Assembly: GCA_040954595.2 (NCBI GenBank)
Contig: CM082582.2
Span: forward strand, 8,062,063-8,126,062
Origin: Balanoglossus misakiensis
Taxonomy: Eukaryota > Animalia > Hemichordata
DNA length: 64,000 nucleotides
Direction of reading: 5' to 3'
In this document: one piece after another, positions 62,301-64,000 of the stretch
How positions within the stretch are numbered: the stretch's first letter is position 1
Layout: every line of letters begins with the position of its first letter
The notes under the pieces: model-generated
The model's database searches: none
What the model was told of the DNA's origin: nothing
Seen by the model: only the letters and a program-made list of their open reading frames with translations
Program-made: the position numbers and the translations under genes

Positions 62301-64000
62301 AATCTGTCATGTGTTTGACTGTTGCCATGGCAATCGAGCTAACCCAGACTTTCATATTGATTATAAAACACTCTTCATCTTTGACTTTATTTTCATTTTG
62401 GAAGGCGTTCTTCTTCATGGCCTTCACTGGTCAAATGTCCGGTCACCAAATGCAGATATATACGGCCATATCTGTTCTGGGATGTAGCGGTATGTGCTCA
62501 GCTTCAAAGACCAGTCAAAGATGGCCGCCGAATTCACCATAGTGGTGGTAACGCGGGGCAACCTGGCTACGGGACAGTGCGTCTGTAACCAACAAGAATC
62601 ACTTTAATCCTCACTGTTATTATCATCCCACTGATGTCGTACAAAGATCACAAGTGACAGAGTGGCCATAAAAAAACAACTAAACAGGAGGTCATCTTTT
62701 GTGCGAGACTCTGAGGGGCTGTTGTGTCTGCAGTCGCCAGATATTTAAACATTGTTGGTTGGAAAGAAATAATTAAGATTGTGTGGATTTTTAGTGGGGC
62801 CTTTTTTGTTCAGAGTTCAGAAGCAGGGTTTTATAGATGATGAGAGACCAGAATCAACACGGTACCAGTGCATTTAAACTTGTATGATTGTTAACAATTT
62901 GAAAATCAGAAGCTGGTTTGGGTGGGGATGGGGAGAGGAGTGGGTGATTGAAGATATTTTGTGCATCACCATTTCGAGATTTTAGGGTTTCCCCTAAGAC
63001 CATGTGCTGATTGTTTGCACACTGCACAGTTGGTGTGGTGAAATGGGTGTGGCTTGTAGAAACACTGTGTTATGTAAAAAGATATAGATTTTGATTGTCC
63101 ATGCAATTGCTTGAGGATGAGGGTTAGTTTTATTTTACAGACTTGCCAGGAAACAAGTGTTTGTGATCTGAAACAGGAAGGATCTGGATCAAGCTGTCCA
63201 TAAAGCATGAAATGGGCTGCATTTTCACTTCATCTGGTTTTTGAAAAAAAAAATGTATATTCCTCTGTGTGTGTAATTTAATCTCCTGATATCAAGTGTG
63301 ATCTCCTCCCATATGGCAGTTTGTGACAACTGAGTTTAAGTAGTTTATTATTTTTTTGGTGAGGTGTCAGGTCATTTGTTAGATGTTCTGGATAATGAGT
63401 GTGTGTTAATCTTGTCATGCTGTGTGACTAAGCTGACATCAAGTCACCTTCAGAGGCATTTGTATAATTGGTGAAAATGACTCAACAGTTGGTCATTTCT
63501 GCCCCAAAACGTTTGTGTGTCTGGGTCTTCAGTGGATGGCTGTTTAGTGCAGCACTAGCAAAGGGGAAGATATGTACGAAAGCAGATGGCTATAAGTCAA
63601 AACACATTCATATTTTTCCAATATTCACAGCATGCTTTGGCAAATAATATCAGCTTGCTGGTACCCTCCAGAATCCACCCGCTTGGGCCGACTGATTGAC
63701 TCAATCATTGGTGGTAATTCTCTCTCCTTCTCCCCGCTGTGAAAGTTTTTTCCTGCCAACTGGGCCACGCCCCGTGAAAACAGATGCAGAAATTGGCCCG
63801 TGGGCATTGTACTCCGATTGACCCGTAGAGATGAGGAATCCATGCGTGTCAGTTGGAGATTGATGCTCACGTACACGTAGTTTGCCAGCAACTCATGTGC
63901 ATTCGTCATATATAACCCTCACCTCATCCTGAAACGTTTAATTTTGAGAGGCCAATGAGTCCAACGGCCTTCTCATAATGTTTCATCTTTGAAACTCAGC

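Overview
Eukaryotic (animal) genomic DNA with GT-AG introns, roughly 40% GC by eye and no obvious CpG depletion; probably an invertebrate deuterostome (inference from gene content and style). Six protein-coding genes lie on the + strand: (1) the last coding exon of a TRH-receptor-like GPCR (11380-11676); (2) a 7-exon ZNF341 orthologue (22056-36417); (3) an 11-exon heat shock factor (39098-44064); (4) a 3-exon proline-racemase-family / L3HYPDH-like gene (45574-47234); (5) an intronless heparan sulfate 3-O-sulfotransferase-like gene (48142-49365); (6) the first coding micro-exon (MSRRKQANPNRVA) of a probable NuRD-recruiting zinc-finger gene (52299-52341), whose first intron runs off the window. 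Best leads: the L3HYPDH-like enzyme has a Cys/Cys racemase-type dyad with a remodelled pocket instead of the vertebrate Cys/Thr dehydratase pair; a perfect Sox-Oct composite element and an octamer cluster sit in the last gene's intron; the HSF leader has an ATF4-like uORF layout; and ZNF341-type sites occur inside the ZNF341 gene. All exon models, alignments and motif counts were made by eye, and comparisons to known proteins are from memory; no searches were run.
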